Shown: positions 24,650 through 39,100 of the stretch, one piece after another
Layout: every line of letters begins with the position of its first letter
Position numbering within the stretch: position 1 is the stretch's first letter
Origin: Thalia democratica
Lineage: Eukaryota
DNA length: 64,000 bases
Reading direction: 5' to 3'
Assembly: GCA_965202585.1 (NCBI GenBank)
Contig: OZ241827.1
Coordinates: forward strand, 97,898,001-97,962,000
Made by a program: the position numbers and the translations under genes
The notes under the pieces: model-generated
Seen by the model: only the letters and a program-made list of their open reading frames with translations
What the model was told of the DNA's origin: nothing
Database searches by the model: none

Positions 24650-25798
24650 TAAAAACTGAAAATCTGTTTTTAAAATTTTAAACATAAAACTTAACGCAGA
24701 ACAATGTTTATGTAAGTACATAAATCAGTGTTTTGTATATATTCCAAACTATAACACATAGTAATAATGACGTAACAACATACTTCGCTCAGAAACACAT
24801 TGAACTTTTAATTTAAAAATACAAATAGTATCAAGAAATTACGCACTGTTTAATTACATACATACGTATTTATTTACACAAAGGCAACGACACTTAACCC
24901 CTATGAGATATTAAGGCCTGCAAAATAAAATAAACGTAAGACGATGGATAACTCAAAGTTTTTAAAAGCAATACTATAGCTTTTAAAATATCATCTAAAA
25001 ACCGCTTAAATCTAAAACTAAATTATTTATACAAAATTAAGTAATATTAGTTTTGCTAACTTGTATTTTAGAGTCTATAACAGTAATATTTATTTGTAAT
25101 AGTATTTAGAATGGTAAAAATACTTTTTTTAATATATTTATTGTAGTTGTTTTAAAATATAACTTAACAATTTAAACTGTGATACAAAAAAAAACTTTTT
25201 TTATTGTTAAAAATTTCAAAACATTTAATAATATGAACTTGTAGTTAAAATAAAATATTCAAACTTTATTGTTTATTAATAACGCTACTAAATTTATAAG
25301 CATTTTTAACTGCATTATGCAAAAATAAAAAAATGTACAAATAAAGATAAAAAGGCAAATAATTTTAAAATTTAAATTAATATACAAAAATTTTATTGAA
25401 ATAGTCCAGGAATAAGTAGCTACGTCACTAAGAAATTAAAGTTGTAAAAAAAAATATTCCTAGGAACTTAAAAAAAAAATTATTTTTAAAACTACATAAA
25501 GACGATGATACTACTATGTTTACTACTTTGTTTAAATAGTTCTTATACACATATAAATCTTTGTTATCTTTAGCAACATATCGATATTTTAAGAGTTACA
25601 GAATCTTCAAAAATTAAAACTAGTTATTCAAAAGCTAATGCTTGTCTATAAAACAACAATTCTTTTAGGTTTCATATAATAAAATGTAAAGTACAAAAAC
25701 AAACAGTTATAAACATTTTGTACATAAACTTTCATTGTAAATAAAAAAATATTTTTAAAATTTTCTAAATATACTAATGATAGTATATCATTATGTAA

Positions 25799-25903
25799 TG
25801 ACGTTACATAAAATTTTTTGTAAAGAAATTAACAAAATTTTCTACATATTATATTACTACAGTGTTGAAGTGTTCCTGGTTATTGTACTGAGTAAAACAG
25901 TTT
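25799..25903 (-). other. Bipartite module, shortened spacer
   Basis: TGACGTTA ... TTGT-ACTG-AGTAAAA-CAGT-TT; spacing 86. Confidence 0.65.
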
Positions 25904-26371
25904 TAAACTTACTTTAAAAAAAAACTTATTAGTTTTAAACTCAGTAACAAGATAAAACTGAATTTTTAAGACTAAAACATGGTCAATCCTATGAAATTGT
26001 TTTACTTACTGTAAATAAAAACTGTAAAGAAAAAGCTAACTTTTATACAGAGCTCTGTTTATGTTTGTTAAATTGATAGAACACAAAAACATGTGTTAGT
26101 TTAATAAAGAAAGGATATTATGTAATACGTTGTTAATATATTTTTACAGAAATTGTATATTTAAGTCAAAAAAATGTTCAACTGATGTAAGTTTTCTGCT
26201 TTTTATTAACTTAGATACAACAATTTTATGTTTTTTGATTTTTTTTTAAATTACATTAAAAAAATATTCATACTTTTGCCTAAAGACTGTTTTTAAAAAA
26301 ATTAAAATGCAATATGTTTAAAAGTTCCATTTACTATTTATTATTATTATCAAAATGTTGTAGTTTTGTGA

Positions 26372-26487
26372 TGACGGAAAATATTAAGTTAGCAGTTTTT
26401 TTTGACAATTTAGTACATAATTTTATCAAAATATAAAAATTTCTGATGAAACTGGAAGAAACATTTTTACCACTAAAATCCTGGTTT
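26372..26487 (-). other. Bipartite module
   Basis: TGACGGAA ... TTTT-ACCAC-TAAAATC-CTGGT-TT; spacing 95. Confidence 0.65.
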
Positions 26488-29400
26488 TTGTATAACTTTT
26501 AAATAAACACTTGTATTCTTGACTTAAAATTTGATAAATTACTTTTGTTAAGTACTAATATATATTAACAAAAACTTTTTTTATTCTAAAAAACTTCTAT
26601 TAAATAAAAAGTAAACACCGTTTCCTTTTAAAACTAGCATTTAACTTCAGGCTTATTGTACAAACAGACAGAAAGTAAAATACTTAGCGTATTTAAATAC
26701 TAGTTATAATAATTTAATTTTACACATATAGTAGTTTAATAAATTTAGAAAATTAATCTTGTATCCAATTTAATGTGTTAATAATAAATACTTTAAAACT
26801 AATTTAACGTATAATGTATAACTTTGTAATTATATATAATCTAGGTTTTTTGTTAAGAAATATTTAAGTTTGTCGTTTACATTCAAGTTTAGTCAATTAA
26901 TAATATATGTTTTAACAATTTTTTTTTAAATTTTTGCAAATAGATCTTGTATATATTTACAGCATTTCTTAATCAGTATTTGTACATCTGAACATAAAGA
27001 TTTTAATTCAACTCATAACACAACTAGCATGCATCCCTTACTTATTACCGATAAATATATAACAAAACTGAGAGTACTAGTAGTTTGTTGTACTTCGATC
27101 CTTCAAGAAAACTTTTAGTCTTAGATAAATTATCTTAGCTATAAAACAGCATCGAAATGTTCTAGTATTATTAAATTATTATAAACATTATTATAAAAGT
27201 GAATTAATTTTATTAGTAATTTAGTTGTATAAATAGTTTTGTATACAATTATTTCGACCTAAAAACTTACTAGTTGAGCAATTCCAAATTTTTAAACATA
27301 TTACCTTTACAGTTTTGTATAAATTCTTGATAATTTAGGCAAGTTTAGTTTACAAAAGTTTATCAAAATCTTTATAAAGTGTTAATATTTTAAGCTTGAT
27401 TAACAAATATTTGTATTTTAGTCACATAAATTAAACTTTTACTGCTACTAAACTTTTTAAAATTATTGAATTTTACCATTGTAAACTACTAAATGACTTA
27501 CTTAATAAAATACTTCAGGTTTTTTTTCAATTTTTGTACTTTTATTCTTAAAAAATTTAAAATGTTATACATAATGTGTTCAATGTGCTTGTACTTTTAA
27601 GTTTGCAATTATAATTAGCTATCAGGTAATAAAAGTTCATGAAAAATCAAAAATAGGTAAAAAAGTCAGTTTTAGCTACCCTTTATCTGCTAGTGTGGGT
27701 ACTAAAAATATATAAGTAATAAAAAAGTATTGATGCGGTACCTAATAAGAGGTTGTGATTATTATATGTTATTTATACCAAATAGACGATAAAAGTTTGA
27801 AAAACTTGCTCTACTATACAACATTGTAAAGTTTCGCAAGTTTTTAAATTTAATTTGAATATTGATAATATAATAAATTAGATATTCAGTTAATAATACC
27901 AGTTTCTATAATTTTTGAAGATTTTTTTGTTTCTGTTTTTCTTGAAAATAACTTTGAATAATTATTTAACTGGTGTAGAGTATCTAATTTATTAGTTTTA
28001 ATACAATAATTTTATGCTATTGTTTAAGTTTACCTTAAAAAACTATATTTATGTTTTTACTTAACACAGTTTCAATTAAGTTCCAAAACAAATCCGTAAA
28101 AAAACTTAATTGAGTATTTTCTACTAACACCTTAGTTTTTAATGTCGTAATAAACAATAATTATTTTTTTCTCAAAAATGTTTTGCATACATTCTAACTA
28201 ATCCAGATTAAGTGTTCAGATTTAGGTAGTAATTTTTTACTACAACTATCGTGGTTTATCTTGTTATTATAGAAAAAAAAACAAAGTTTTTTATACTTGT
28301 AACTTATTGAAAATTAACTGCTTAAAACAAACTCATGTTGTACTTGAACAAAAAATTACTTTTACCAACATTTACTTTTTTTGAAAACAAAAAAATTAAA
28401 AAAAATTATCATTCATTAATAATATTTAATTCATGCTAGTTTTATAATAACATAAACAATTATAACTTCGCTACTTTAAATATTAAAAAATAAATAGTCA
28501 TACACGTATAAGGAAACATTAAATCTATAAAAACTTTTTTTTTTCTTTTATGTTTATCAATAAGTTCCTAAAAAAAAATAACTATAATTATTTATAGTAA
28601 AATACTTTGTAATTGTAATCAGCTCAAGAAGATCATTTTAGAAACATCTTCACCAGAAATTTTATATTTTTTAGGTGGTTTTACAATTTCAATCATTTTT
28701 TGCTAAAAATATATTCTTTATATTTCAACTAAATTAAAACTTTTTGATTTTTTTTTTGTTTTCCAGTATTTGTACCACAAAATATAGAGGCTTTAATTAG
28801 ACTCTTGAAATAACTAGCATTATACTTGAATAAACCTAATACTCAAATCCATAATGTCTTGCAATAAACTTGTACTTTATATCTTCTAAAAACTTTTATT
28901 AGTAAGTTTAGTTGTGAAAAAGAGTTTAGACACTTTGTAACATTTTCATACTAATATAAAATATTTTTCTATTCTTTTAAATTATCGATACTTAATATAA
29001 TTGTTTTGAAATCAAGTGAGTGGTTTTTTAATTATTTTCATATAAAAACTCACTAATAGAGAAATATTTAGGGTTTAGACGTGTTAGTAATATATTTTTT
29101 AAATAATTAAAAACGTAATTGATAAACAAGACTTTGCACAAAAAGCTTCATTTTTCTTTTGATTTCAATTATCTTTAAACTTTTTTATCATGTTATACAC
29201 TAATCTATATTAAAAATGTATGTTGAGTATAAAGTTTAAATTATTTTATCATATATAAATTGATAATGTTTAAATGCGAATGTGTGTCTTTATAATAAAG
29301 CCGTAGCGCTATATTACCAAAATTATTCAGAATGAAATTTTACCGTGTAAACAATTTGCTTTAAAAATAACTATTACACTAAACTACTAGTATTAAATAA

Positions 29401-30151
29401 AATGCTTTTATTAAATCCTTATACAAAAAAATGTTTAAATGATAAGTTTTTAACTCACTTTTAGTTTAAAAGTACAGTGTTTAAAAAATAATCATTTTTT
29501 TTTAATTATTCAAGATGTTTAATTATTAACCTATGTTAAGCATAATTATCACGAATTAAAAGTTTACTTGAATGAAAAACGTAAAATGAACATCAAGTAT
29601 TTCAATGAATTTAGCTTAATCAGTACAACGTAAGATTTAGCTAAAATTGTATGCTAGTTGTGTATGAGCTTTAATGAAAACATTGTGGAAAAATTAGCGA
29701 ACTAAGAAAATAAAAAACTATAAATGGAGTTAGTATAAATCATATGCCTTTTTGAAAATTTAAAAAACCTTGTTATTAAGTCACAATTAAATAAGGTTTA
29801 ATTTATAATTTCAATTACTTTAAAAAAACAACCTTTATTCGAACATACTTGTAAAGTTTATCTTTGATACTTAAATGTTTTGTTTACAAATTGTTTATAC
29901 TTTATAAATGAAACAAGTCCATTTTTGTACTTTTGTTATACTGTAGATTTAATCCTAATATTCTGACAAGTATTTTTAGTATCGTTTCTCATTTATTAAC
30001 AGTCTAAAATACAATAAGCATGTAGTTTAATATTAGAATTAATTAGTAGCTGTGTTTTGTTTTTTTTCTTTTTCAATTGACTTTCAGAATAAAAAATAAC
30101 CTGTTACAAAATAAGAATGATTAAAAAAGTAACTTATTTTTATTTAGTTTT

Positions 30152-30564
30152 GGTCGCAAGAAACCGCGGCTGTGATCTTACCAAGCGGGCATAAGTACAA
30201 GGTACTGAAGCGACCGTTTGTAAGTAAAGTTGAAAATATTATCGATGGCATTAAACATCTCAACTTTGTTGATTATAGCCGAAATAAATACTGGCTAAAA
30301 CTGATTAAACGAGCGCAGACTAAAATCTCACAATAAGCTGACAATGTCTGAGACTTTGGTCTGTGAATGATTTAGTTGTGTCATTTTTTCAACTCTACCT
30401 ACAAACGGTCGCTTCAGTACCTTGTACTTAAGCCCGCTTGGTTAAGATCACAACCGCGGTTTCATACGACTATGCCTGCCTGATGAGTCCTAATTACGAC
30501 AAAACCGGTCGTAGGATCGTTCTAGATGCTGTTATTGTCGATCTTGCGGTAAAGTTCATTGTTT
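30152..30564 (+). mobile_element. Penelope-like element terminal-repeat fragment with inverted 5' end
   Basis: Homologous to 45370-45730 in opposite orientation. 30152-30237 is an inverted copy of 30384-30471. Carries a minimal hammerhead, a known hallmark of Penelope-like repeats. Confidence 0.7.
30474..30516 (+). ncRNA. Minimal type I hammerhead ribozyme, core G12 mutated to A
   Basis: CCUGC (stem I) CUGAUGA GUCCUAAUUACGAC (stem II) AAAAC (consensus GAAAC) CG GUC, then GUAGG pairing with stem I. Confidence 0.8.
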
Positions 30565-31369
30565 ACTATTTTATTAATAGATAATTTTACATTGCAACTT
30601 GAAATAATGAGCTTTAGTTTTAAGTCAGTTTTGTCGCTGTGTCATTCTGACACCCACCTATTTTTAGTGCTATGCTTGTGAGCTATTAACTTGTGAGTGC
30701 ATCAAACTAAATAAATGGAAGTCAGATGAAAAGAACATCCCTAAATATAACTTTTATCAATTTTGATTATTAACTAATCAAGTTCTGTAGTCTTTAAAAA
30801 ATAAAAAATAAAGTATAACGTAAGTTACTCAGTATAAAACATCATTTAATACTAATAAAGCAGTATAGCTATTATAAATATTTATAAAAAAATAATCATA
30901 AATGTTTATCTTTTTAATCCTTTTTGTATTTTTATCTAAGCTGAATTGTCTATTTTGTTCGTTATTATTTATAAAATAAAAATACACTGGTTAAATTGTG
31001 GGTTATAAGACTTAAATGTCTAAACTAATTAGAATTTTGCTTTGATTGAAAGAATTTAGTTAAACTTGTGTATACTACAACGAATAGTAGCTGATGTTCA
31101 TAATATTGTGAATTTGAATAATTCAAACTTAGATTTTTAATTTGGATATGTTCTTTTAGTTAAACCAATTTGTACATTGACAATATTTTTACAACTTTAA
31201 AGAGAGGTAATATATTAAATAATTTTAAGTTTTTTCCTATTTAAAAGCAAGTCTGTATTCAATTAAGAATATTTGAATTTATTGTTTATAAAATCATTTA
31301 CACTTATAAATAAATTTGGTTATGATGATTTAAATTAAAAACAAAAATACTAAGATGAAACTTATGAAG

Positions 31370-31489
31370 TGACGTAAAATGTTAAAAACTTAGCACTTTT
31401 TATGCAGTATTTTCTATACAAACCATACTAGATTTGCAATGTACATTATCCATGGCATCAAATGCGATTTGTACCGCTTTAAGCAGTTT
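31370..31489 (-). other. Bipartite module
   Basis: TGACGTAA ... TTTGT-ACCGC-TTTAA-GCAGT-TT; spacing 101. Confidence 0.85.
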
Positions 31490-32743
31490 TACACTTTTAT
31501 ATACTTTACTACAAAAGTATTAAAAGTATGTCGGTACAAGAATTAAATAAGCATTTTGAACGTGTATTAGTAATTTCTATAAAAATAACTTATTCACTGC
31601 GATAGGTTGTCGTTGACTCCTCTAATAATGTTTTGACCTAAAAAGTTAGCTGCTTTAAAGTTACTTACATGTTAAAAAATTTTTGCAGTAACCAAACTTC
31701 TACCTTGCTAAACTTATTTAGTTATTTACTTCACTGAACAAATCTGTAAATCATTAGTAGGAAAATATTTATCATCATAAAAATGAACATAAACGAAAAG
31801 AAATTCTTTGAAACGTTTTATTGACTATACACGGGAGTGGGAATCAAGTCGAGCAAGTTTGCTACTTACATGTTTATACAAAAAGAAGGCTATTTATATG
31901 GCGTAGAGACACTTTAAATGAAACAGTTTTGTTTGTTAATAGTTTTTAAGTTAGTAGTTTACAAACTGTCCTTTAATATATGTAGCACAACAACTGACGC
32001 TTAAAACAAATTAAGAGGCACAATGATTGATTGCATCTTAGTTAGTTCTTACAGAAGTTTCATTAAAAAAAAAGCTTCTAAATTGGTTATTTATCGGTTA
32101 CTTAGAAGCAAGGTAGAAAAAAAAGCGACGTTTTTGATATAGTAGATTCTAAAACTACAAATTTAATTTCAAGTACTTATCTTGAGTGTTTTATACACAC
32201 CAATCGGATATAAAAAAACAAAAGTTTCTAAATGTTTTACCTAATTAAAGTTTTTACCTATTTTAGTTTTAAATATTGTGTATAAAATCTTGTTTGTAAC
32301 TTTAAATCACTTCAAATCAGTATAGCTACTAACTATAATCGATAACATAGCAGAAAATAGTATCACTTTTAAGGATTATGATGTTTTTTACACTGTTGAC
32401 TTGCTAATCTTTGAAGTTGTTAAGAAATATATATTTATGATTACTTTTAATAGATGTTTTGTTTGGTTAAAGTTTTTATTTTTTTTAAATATAATGCATA
32501 AATTAGGTTTTATGTTTACTTTCATTATATGAATATATTTAGACTTTTTTCTTTCGTTTTTAAAAGTATATTCAAAATAATATATATTATGAAATACCAA
32601 TATGACTGTCAAAAAGCGTATTATTTTTTTAATCTTACTACAACAACTATTTTGTAAAAACTTTATTTTAATATCAAACTTTATAAACTATGTTACTAAA
32701 AGCAAAAATGATTTTTAAACTGTTTTTTTCAAAAACTAATTAT

Positions 32744-32863
32744 TGACGTCAATTAATCAAAATAATTTATATTTTACAAATAATTTCATATATATTTTTT
32801 CTAAAGTTTTAAAATTTTTCAACTGAATCAGCTTCTATATTTGTACCACAAAACTTGTGGTTT
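32744..32863 (-). other. Bipartite module, ACCAC/GTGGT stem type
   Basis: TGACGTCA ... TTTGT-ACCAC-AAAACTT-GTGGT-TT; spacing 99. Confidence 0.85.
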
Positions 32864-35800
32864 TAAATTATCTTTTAAATCAGTTAGTAGTAAAATATAA
32901 AATGTTTTCGTTTTACTATTAAACGGACTGTTTAAAATTACTTTCATAATAATAATTACTTTTTCTAATATTATACACATTTTTATCTTCATGTTTTAGG
33001 TGGTTAATTTTGAATTGATTATTGGCCTGTTTTAAAAAAATGAGTTAAAAAAAATTTAAATTTTTTTAACAATAAATGTAGTCTAATTATTTGTTTCTAA
33101 TTTACACTTTATGTATTAATAGTCTGTGAATGTTAAAATTGAAAATTAATGCTTAAAAACTAAAAGTATAAACACTGAGTAAAAAAAACTTCACCTAAAT
33201 TATTCATTATTGATGGCGCAAAACATCTCGAGATTATTGATCAAGGCCTAAATAAAAAAGAAAACTAAAGTAAGTTAAAACATGAATACTCTTAAAATTT
33301 TAATAAAATAGAATATTTTAAAATTTGAGTTTATCACTGAAGTAAATAGTTATATAACATTTTATACTTTGTTTTTGTAAGTATAATTCAATCTGATTAA
33401 TTACTTAACCTTAATCTGCCTTCTACAAGCATATTAATCTTAAACTTTTTGTTTTGACTACAGGTAAATTTAACATACTTATTTTGCAAGCAGTTATTAA
33501 AAGATGGAATTATAACAGCAACCTATGTTATTAAATAACTGATGCTTTGTTTCAATCAAATCTTACATTCTGTTGTTCGCTCAAAAAAATGTTGTTCTTA
33601 ATAGTTTTTAATAATTTAGATTAATTAAATTTAGCTTTTATTTGTCTTTGGATTTTCATTTTAAAGATCATTTTCATTTCTATATTAAACTTAAAACCTA
33701 GTCAAGCAACTAACTATTTTTTTCAATTATAAACAACTTAACAGTATTTTTTATTTTATTTATCACATGGCATATGAAAAAGTTATTTTAGTAGTATAGG
33801 TTTGCATTAGTTAATTATTTATTGAAGTACAATATAAAAAAAATAAATATTATAGTTCTGTCAACATAGTTATTAAAACAAAAAAAAAACTATTTTCTTG
33901 ATTGATTGTAAAAACATTATTAAGCCAAGAGTTATAAAAAGATCAATCCTTTCATTGAAAACCTCTTCATCTATGACACGTGACTATGCAAAAAACCTGT
34001 CTTCTCTCGAAAACAAATATTTTATCAAATAACAATTTTTATGCTAAAATAAAAAAGTGGTTAAGTGTAAAGTAACTAAATCAAAAGCCTGCTGGTTGTC
34101 ACTTGTAACTCTACCTCCGCTTTGAAATTAATACTAAACTAAACAAAAAATTGATTCAAAAAACTATCTTTTTAAGTGAAAATAATTATCTTAGTGACAC
34201 TTCATTTTGAAAACACTCACTAGGTTAAAACATCAGCATCAAAAATCACAAAGAGTAAAAAATCATAAAGCTAAAATCTCAAGGTAAGTATCCGCCGATG
34301 CTACAACAAAAAACACATAAACAATACAACCATATGATCACTGCCACCAATGTTTACTCAATCAGCTGTTGCGAACTCAATTAAATCTTTATCTATTTGA
34401 AATTATTAAGTTCTATAAAAAAAACTAGAATAAAGAAATACTACAAGCTGAAAAAAAAGAAATGTTTTTAAGTTAAAAAATATAAATATCAATGATATGG
34501 TCATTAAACTATTAGTATTATATATATTTGTTAGTATTAACTTGACGTTTGATTTAGAAATGATAAAAAAAAAACTTTATGTTAACTTTTAAATTTCCCT
34601 TTAGTTTCTAAAAAAAATAAAAACTAAGTAGTTTAATGCACTAATATAAATCTAACAAAGTAAAAAAAAAAAAAATTAAACAAATAAAAAAATTGTTTAT
34701 ATATAATTAAAAATATATTTTCCGACGTTTACAGTAGGAAATAACTATTAAATATAAAAAACAAAAAGTTTATGAAGTATGATAAAAAACATGTTGTCAA
34801 CAAGGTTTAAGTTAAACAAACTTTATAAGACTTTTTTTTTATATCTTTTTACTAGATTAATTCTTTGTCGTAGTAAATACTACTAAATTATTTAATCAAG
34901 TGTTTTTCAACGTTCTACGGATTTCTTCAAATATAAAAATAATGAGTGTTGTTCTTTTTTCATTTTTTTTTATAAAGAAAGATTTTTCTAAAGAAAACAT
35001 TATTTTAAAAAAGCAGTAAAAAAGATCAAATATTTAATTTATCTTTTTTTTTTTAGTCGATAAATAACACAAGTACTAAATACTTGCTTTGCGCATGTTG
35101 CTAAAACGAAGTGGATTTAAATAATTAAATTTCGAATCAAGTCGACCGGGGTTGGGTTAATAATTACAAGCTTTTACTAAATTATCCTTAAATTTTTATA
35201 AACTGGGCTTTTATTTTACTTATCATGGAGCTAAATGAAATATTTTTAGTTTAAAACTAATACACTTCGACTGTTTTATAAAAATTCTTAAAAAAAAATA
35301 CTTTGTTTTAGTATTTTTAGATGTCTAAAAAATGGCCTTTATCGTGTTCATAATTTTTCAGAATAATTCGCAATTTGTGTTCATAATACTTTAAGATCTT
35401 TATTTAAATGATTTAAAGTTTAAGATTTTTTGGTTTTACAATGTCAATTGGAAGCATCCTCTAACAAAAAGACCACGCGACGTGACTGCATATTGAAAAA
35501 AGCAGATCGACACTTTAAAAGTATTATAATTTATTTTCGTGTAGAGCGAATTATTGAAGATGACGATATACCAGCTCTATTTTTTTCCATAAACTGTAAA
35601 TAAGATATTTTTAGTTTTAAACTGGTAAAAACTTTAAAATCAAAAGTAATTGAAATTTCATTAATTGACACCACTTTTCAAACTTTAGCAAAACTTTTTA
35701 AGTTTTGAATCTTTTAATATACTTATTTAAAAACTATTTCACTTTCAAGAAAATATCAGATATTTACAATTAACAACTACAATTTAAGATTTATTTAAAT

Positions 35801-36000
35801 AAAATAAAAGATTTAAAAGATTTTATTGCAACTTTTTTGTAATCTTGAATGGTTTAGCTGTAAAAAAAGGTAAATCAAATATAAAGTTTTTAAACACTAA
35901 ACTTATTTATCAGTAGCAGTAAAAACTGTATGAGAATTTATTAATCTAACATTTTATCAATGATACTCGTTATCTGCATAAAACTTTTACATTACTTTTT

Positions 36001-36118
36001 AAACCACTATTTTGTGGTACAAACTTTAAATGTAATCTTCAACATGCAATATTTCGAATTCAATAAAGTTTATTTTGAATAAATCGCATAAATTTCTAGA
36101 ACTGTGATGCCACCGTCA
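36001..36118 (+). other. Bipartite module, ACCAC/GTGGT type (mirror copy at 42116-42234)
   Basis: AA-ACCAC-TATTTT-GTGGT-ACAAA ... ACCGTCA; spacing 98. Confidence 0.75.
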
Positions 36119-39100
36119 CTAACAAACTTTTAGGTAAAATAAAGTTGAATTATTTTTTTTTATATACAGTAGTTCTAAGTGAGTAACCACTAAAAGATGT
36201 TATTTAAAAACTGAGTTGTGCAGTATTGGATAATGTATAAAACAAACATTATTGTTATAAATTACAAGCTAATTACATTTTGATTTAACAGATAGACTAA
36301 TTTTAACTAAGTACAGACGCACTTTTCACGTGTGTTGGTAAATATATTGACATTAGCACACTATCCAAATATAACTTTTTTAAGAACTCAAATCAGACAT
36401 ATCTTTGGATATTATATTTATAGAAATAAGGTGATTTTTTAAAATTAATCACTTTCTTCAGAGCCAACTTGAAAACTTTAAAATAATTATCATTAAAATT
36501 AGGTTTTATAAATTTTTGAACATATAATTCAAAAAGACAAAAGAGGTGGTCTTTAATCTTCAACTAATTCAATTTTAAACTATGAAGCACTTTAGTAAAT
36601 AGAGATTCAAAAATTATACAAAACACAAAAAAACAATATGACGTAAGAACTGAATATTGAACAACAAAAAATACACTTAAAATATTTAGTCCTAGGACCT
36701 AGTGTTCGAAAAAACCTTTTGGTTATCGAGTCGCACAACACAGATACTTTATAATATCTTGTCTAGGATCAATCTATTATTTTTTTATATATTATTATAT
36801 ATTTTTATGATAAACATATGTGCAGGACCAAGTTTATTAAAAAAGAAAAACAGAAAAATCAAAAAATTTATAAAAACTAATATATTATTATTATTGGAGG
36901 TTATCTGTGAAAATGGGTTCGGACATTAACACCTGAGCCACTTGAACAATTAATAAGAAGAATAAAATAAACAAATTACATTCAAATAATATTAAAAAAC
37001 TAAACATAACAAGTAAAAATTATAAGTATGTCCAAATATAACTTCAAAAACAAATAGACCTGTATGATCAAATATAATTTAGTATGCACAAAAAACACAT
37101 TATTTATTTAATTTTACATTTGATAAGATCGTTCCAAAAATATCTAATACTACAATTAAACTAATAGTTTCAATAAGTTTTACTGTTTTATGATAATAAA
37201 AATTTCAGTTATAAAAGAGTTTTAATAACATAAAGAAAATTTAGTGATAAATAATGTATGTATAAAATGATAATTTACAATACTTTTTTAAGTCTAAGTT
37301 TTAATAGAAAATTGCACACCAAAACTAACTAACGTTGTAAACTATCAAATAACTTACTGATAGCAAAATGTTAAAACTAAACCTTAAATAAAATTTTGAT
37401 CATAATACATAAATAAGTGTTGTTAAAATATTTAAATCGTAAAAAAAAAGAACAATTGACATGAAGTTGAAGTATAAAACATAAAAATTAATCTTAAATA
37501 TTTGATTAAGTTAAACTAAAATAACTAATAAATTTTATAATTGTATGAGATAATTATATTTCATGTTACAAAGTCTATAGCGGTAAATATCTTAGAACAA
37601 AATTGTCGTTAAAAGTTTTTAAACAAATTGATGTTTTATGTTTATGACACAAAGTAACAAGTAGTACATGTTTTGATGACGTATAAACATTTTTTCTCAA
37701 AAACCTTTTTTCTTCATTGCAATTAAAAGAAAATTAAATTTTAAATAACTGGTTTTTGGCTTGTTCGGATTTTAAAATCGTGAAAAGCGGTTTGGTATTA
37801 TTTTATCGTTATATTTTTTTTATTCCTTTGAATTGAATACATTTTTATATAAAAAATTACTTGGTATTTGTAGAAAAAATAAATGCAAACTTGATTTTCT
37901 TGAATGTGAATTTTTCAGTTTAATTATATACAAAGCTGTACACAGTTTTAGTGAGTATGAATTAATTAACATATAATTTCTAAATTTCTCATTAGCATGG
38001 TTTATTTGAATAAATATAAAAAAATTATTAAGTTAAAACAAATTAAACTATTCACAAAATCTTACAACTTAGAAAAATAAATATTTTCAAATGTTGTTCT
38101 ACAACCTACATTGTAACTTGAAATAAGACTACTATTGTTTTAAACATGCAATTGCTAGATAAAAGATGGTTTAAGATGTTTACTTGCATAGTTTTGTTAG
38201 TTTTGTTTTGTGTTGTTAGTTTTTTTTAGTATCTACTCAATATCAGTATGAAAAAAAATATTGCTATTCACAGAAAAAAAAAAAAATAGGTAGTTAACTT
38301 AACATAACAAATAAGTATTAGTTCATATAAACTTCATTTTTAAAACTTTTCATGTCAGCTGAAGATAATGTTTAGTAAGATATCATAAATATGGAAATAT
38401 TAAAAAGAAATGTTTAACTTGTATTACTTATACTTTTTCTTTTATTTTATATATCTTTTTTTCAAATGCATTTTTTAATTGGAGATAAGAAATACAGAAT
38501 TTCCACAATGCTTTATGAGCAATAAGTTTTAATTTATTAAAGGCTTTATAAATATTTCTACTGTTTTCAAAAATAATTAAGAAAATCTAAATGTCTATTA
38601 AAGCTGAGTTATATTAATTTTTTCTTTGCTGTATAAATTTATTTCATTGTTAATAAACATCGTTATATCTTTATTTCGTGAAGTTTATTTGAGACAAGGT
38701 TGCCAAACAAACAGGCTAGGTTAAGAATTTAAGAAACTTACAATAAGTTGAACCTGTTTGAGAATTTTAAAATAGTTGTAAAGAGCTTTTATTTTTGATA
38801 CTTTCAAATAGTATTTGAATTCTTAAAACATTTTTTTATGACTGTAGTGTAATTTATTAATAGTAATTTGTACAGTTTATTTTCATATTATGTACTTTTT
38901 AATAATGATAATATTTTAGTTAGGTGCGTAAGTTTTTGTTTTTTTAAAGCAGTTCTTTTGCTTGTAAACTTTAAATAAACTTAGACAATACTTGGATAAA
39001 AAAATACTTTGTTTTAGTATTTTTAGATGTCTAAAAAATGGCCTTTATTTCGTGTTCATAATTGGCAGAAGAATTGCCACAAATTAGTAAAGAATCTCTT

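Noticed and set aside
33930-34390. Possible LINE ORF2 or exon fragment
   Set aside because: GC-richer, but no recognisable endonuclease or RT motif in any frame I could read.
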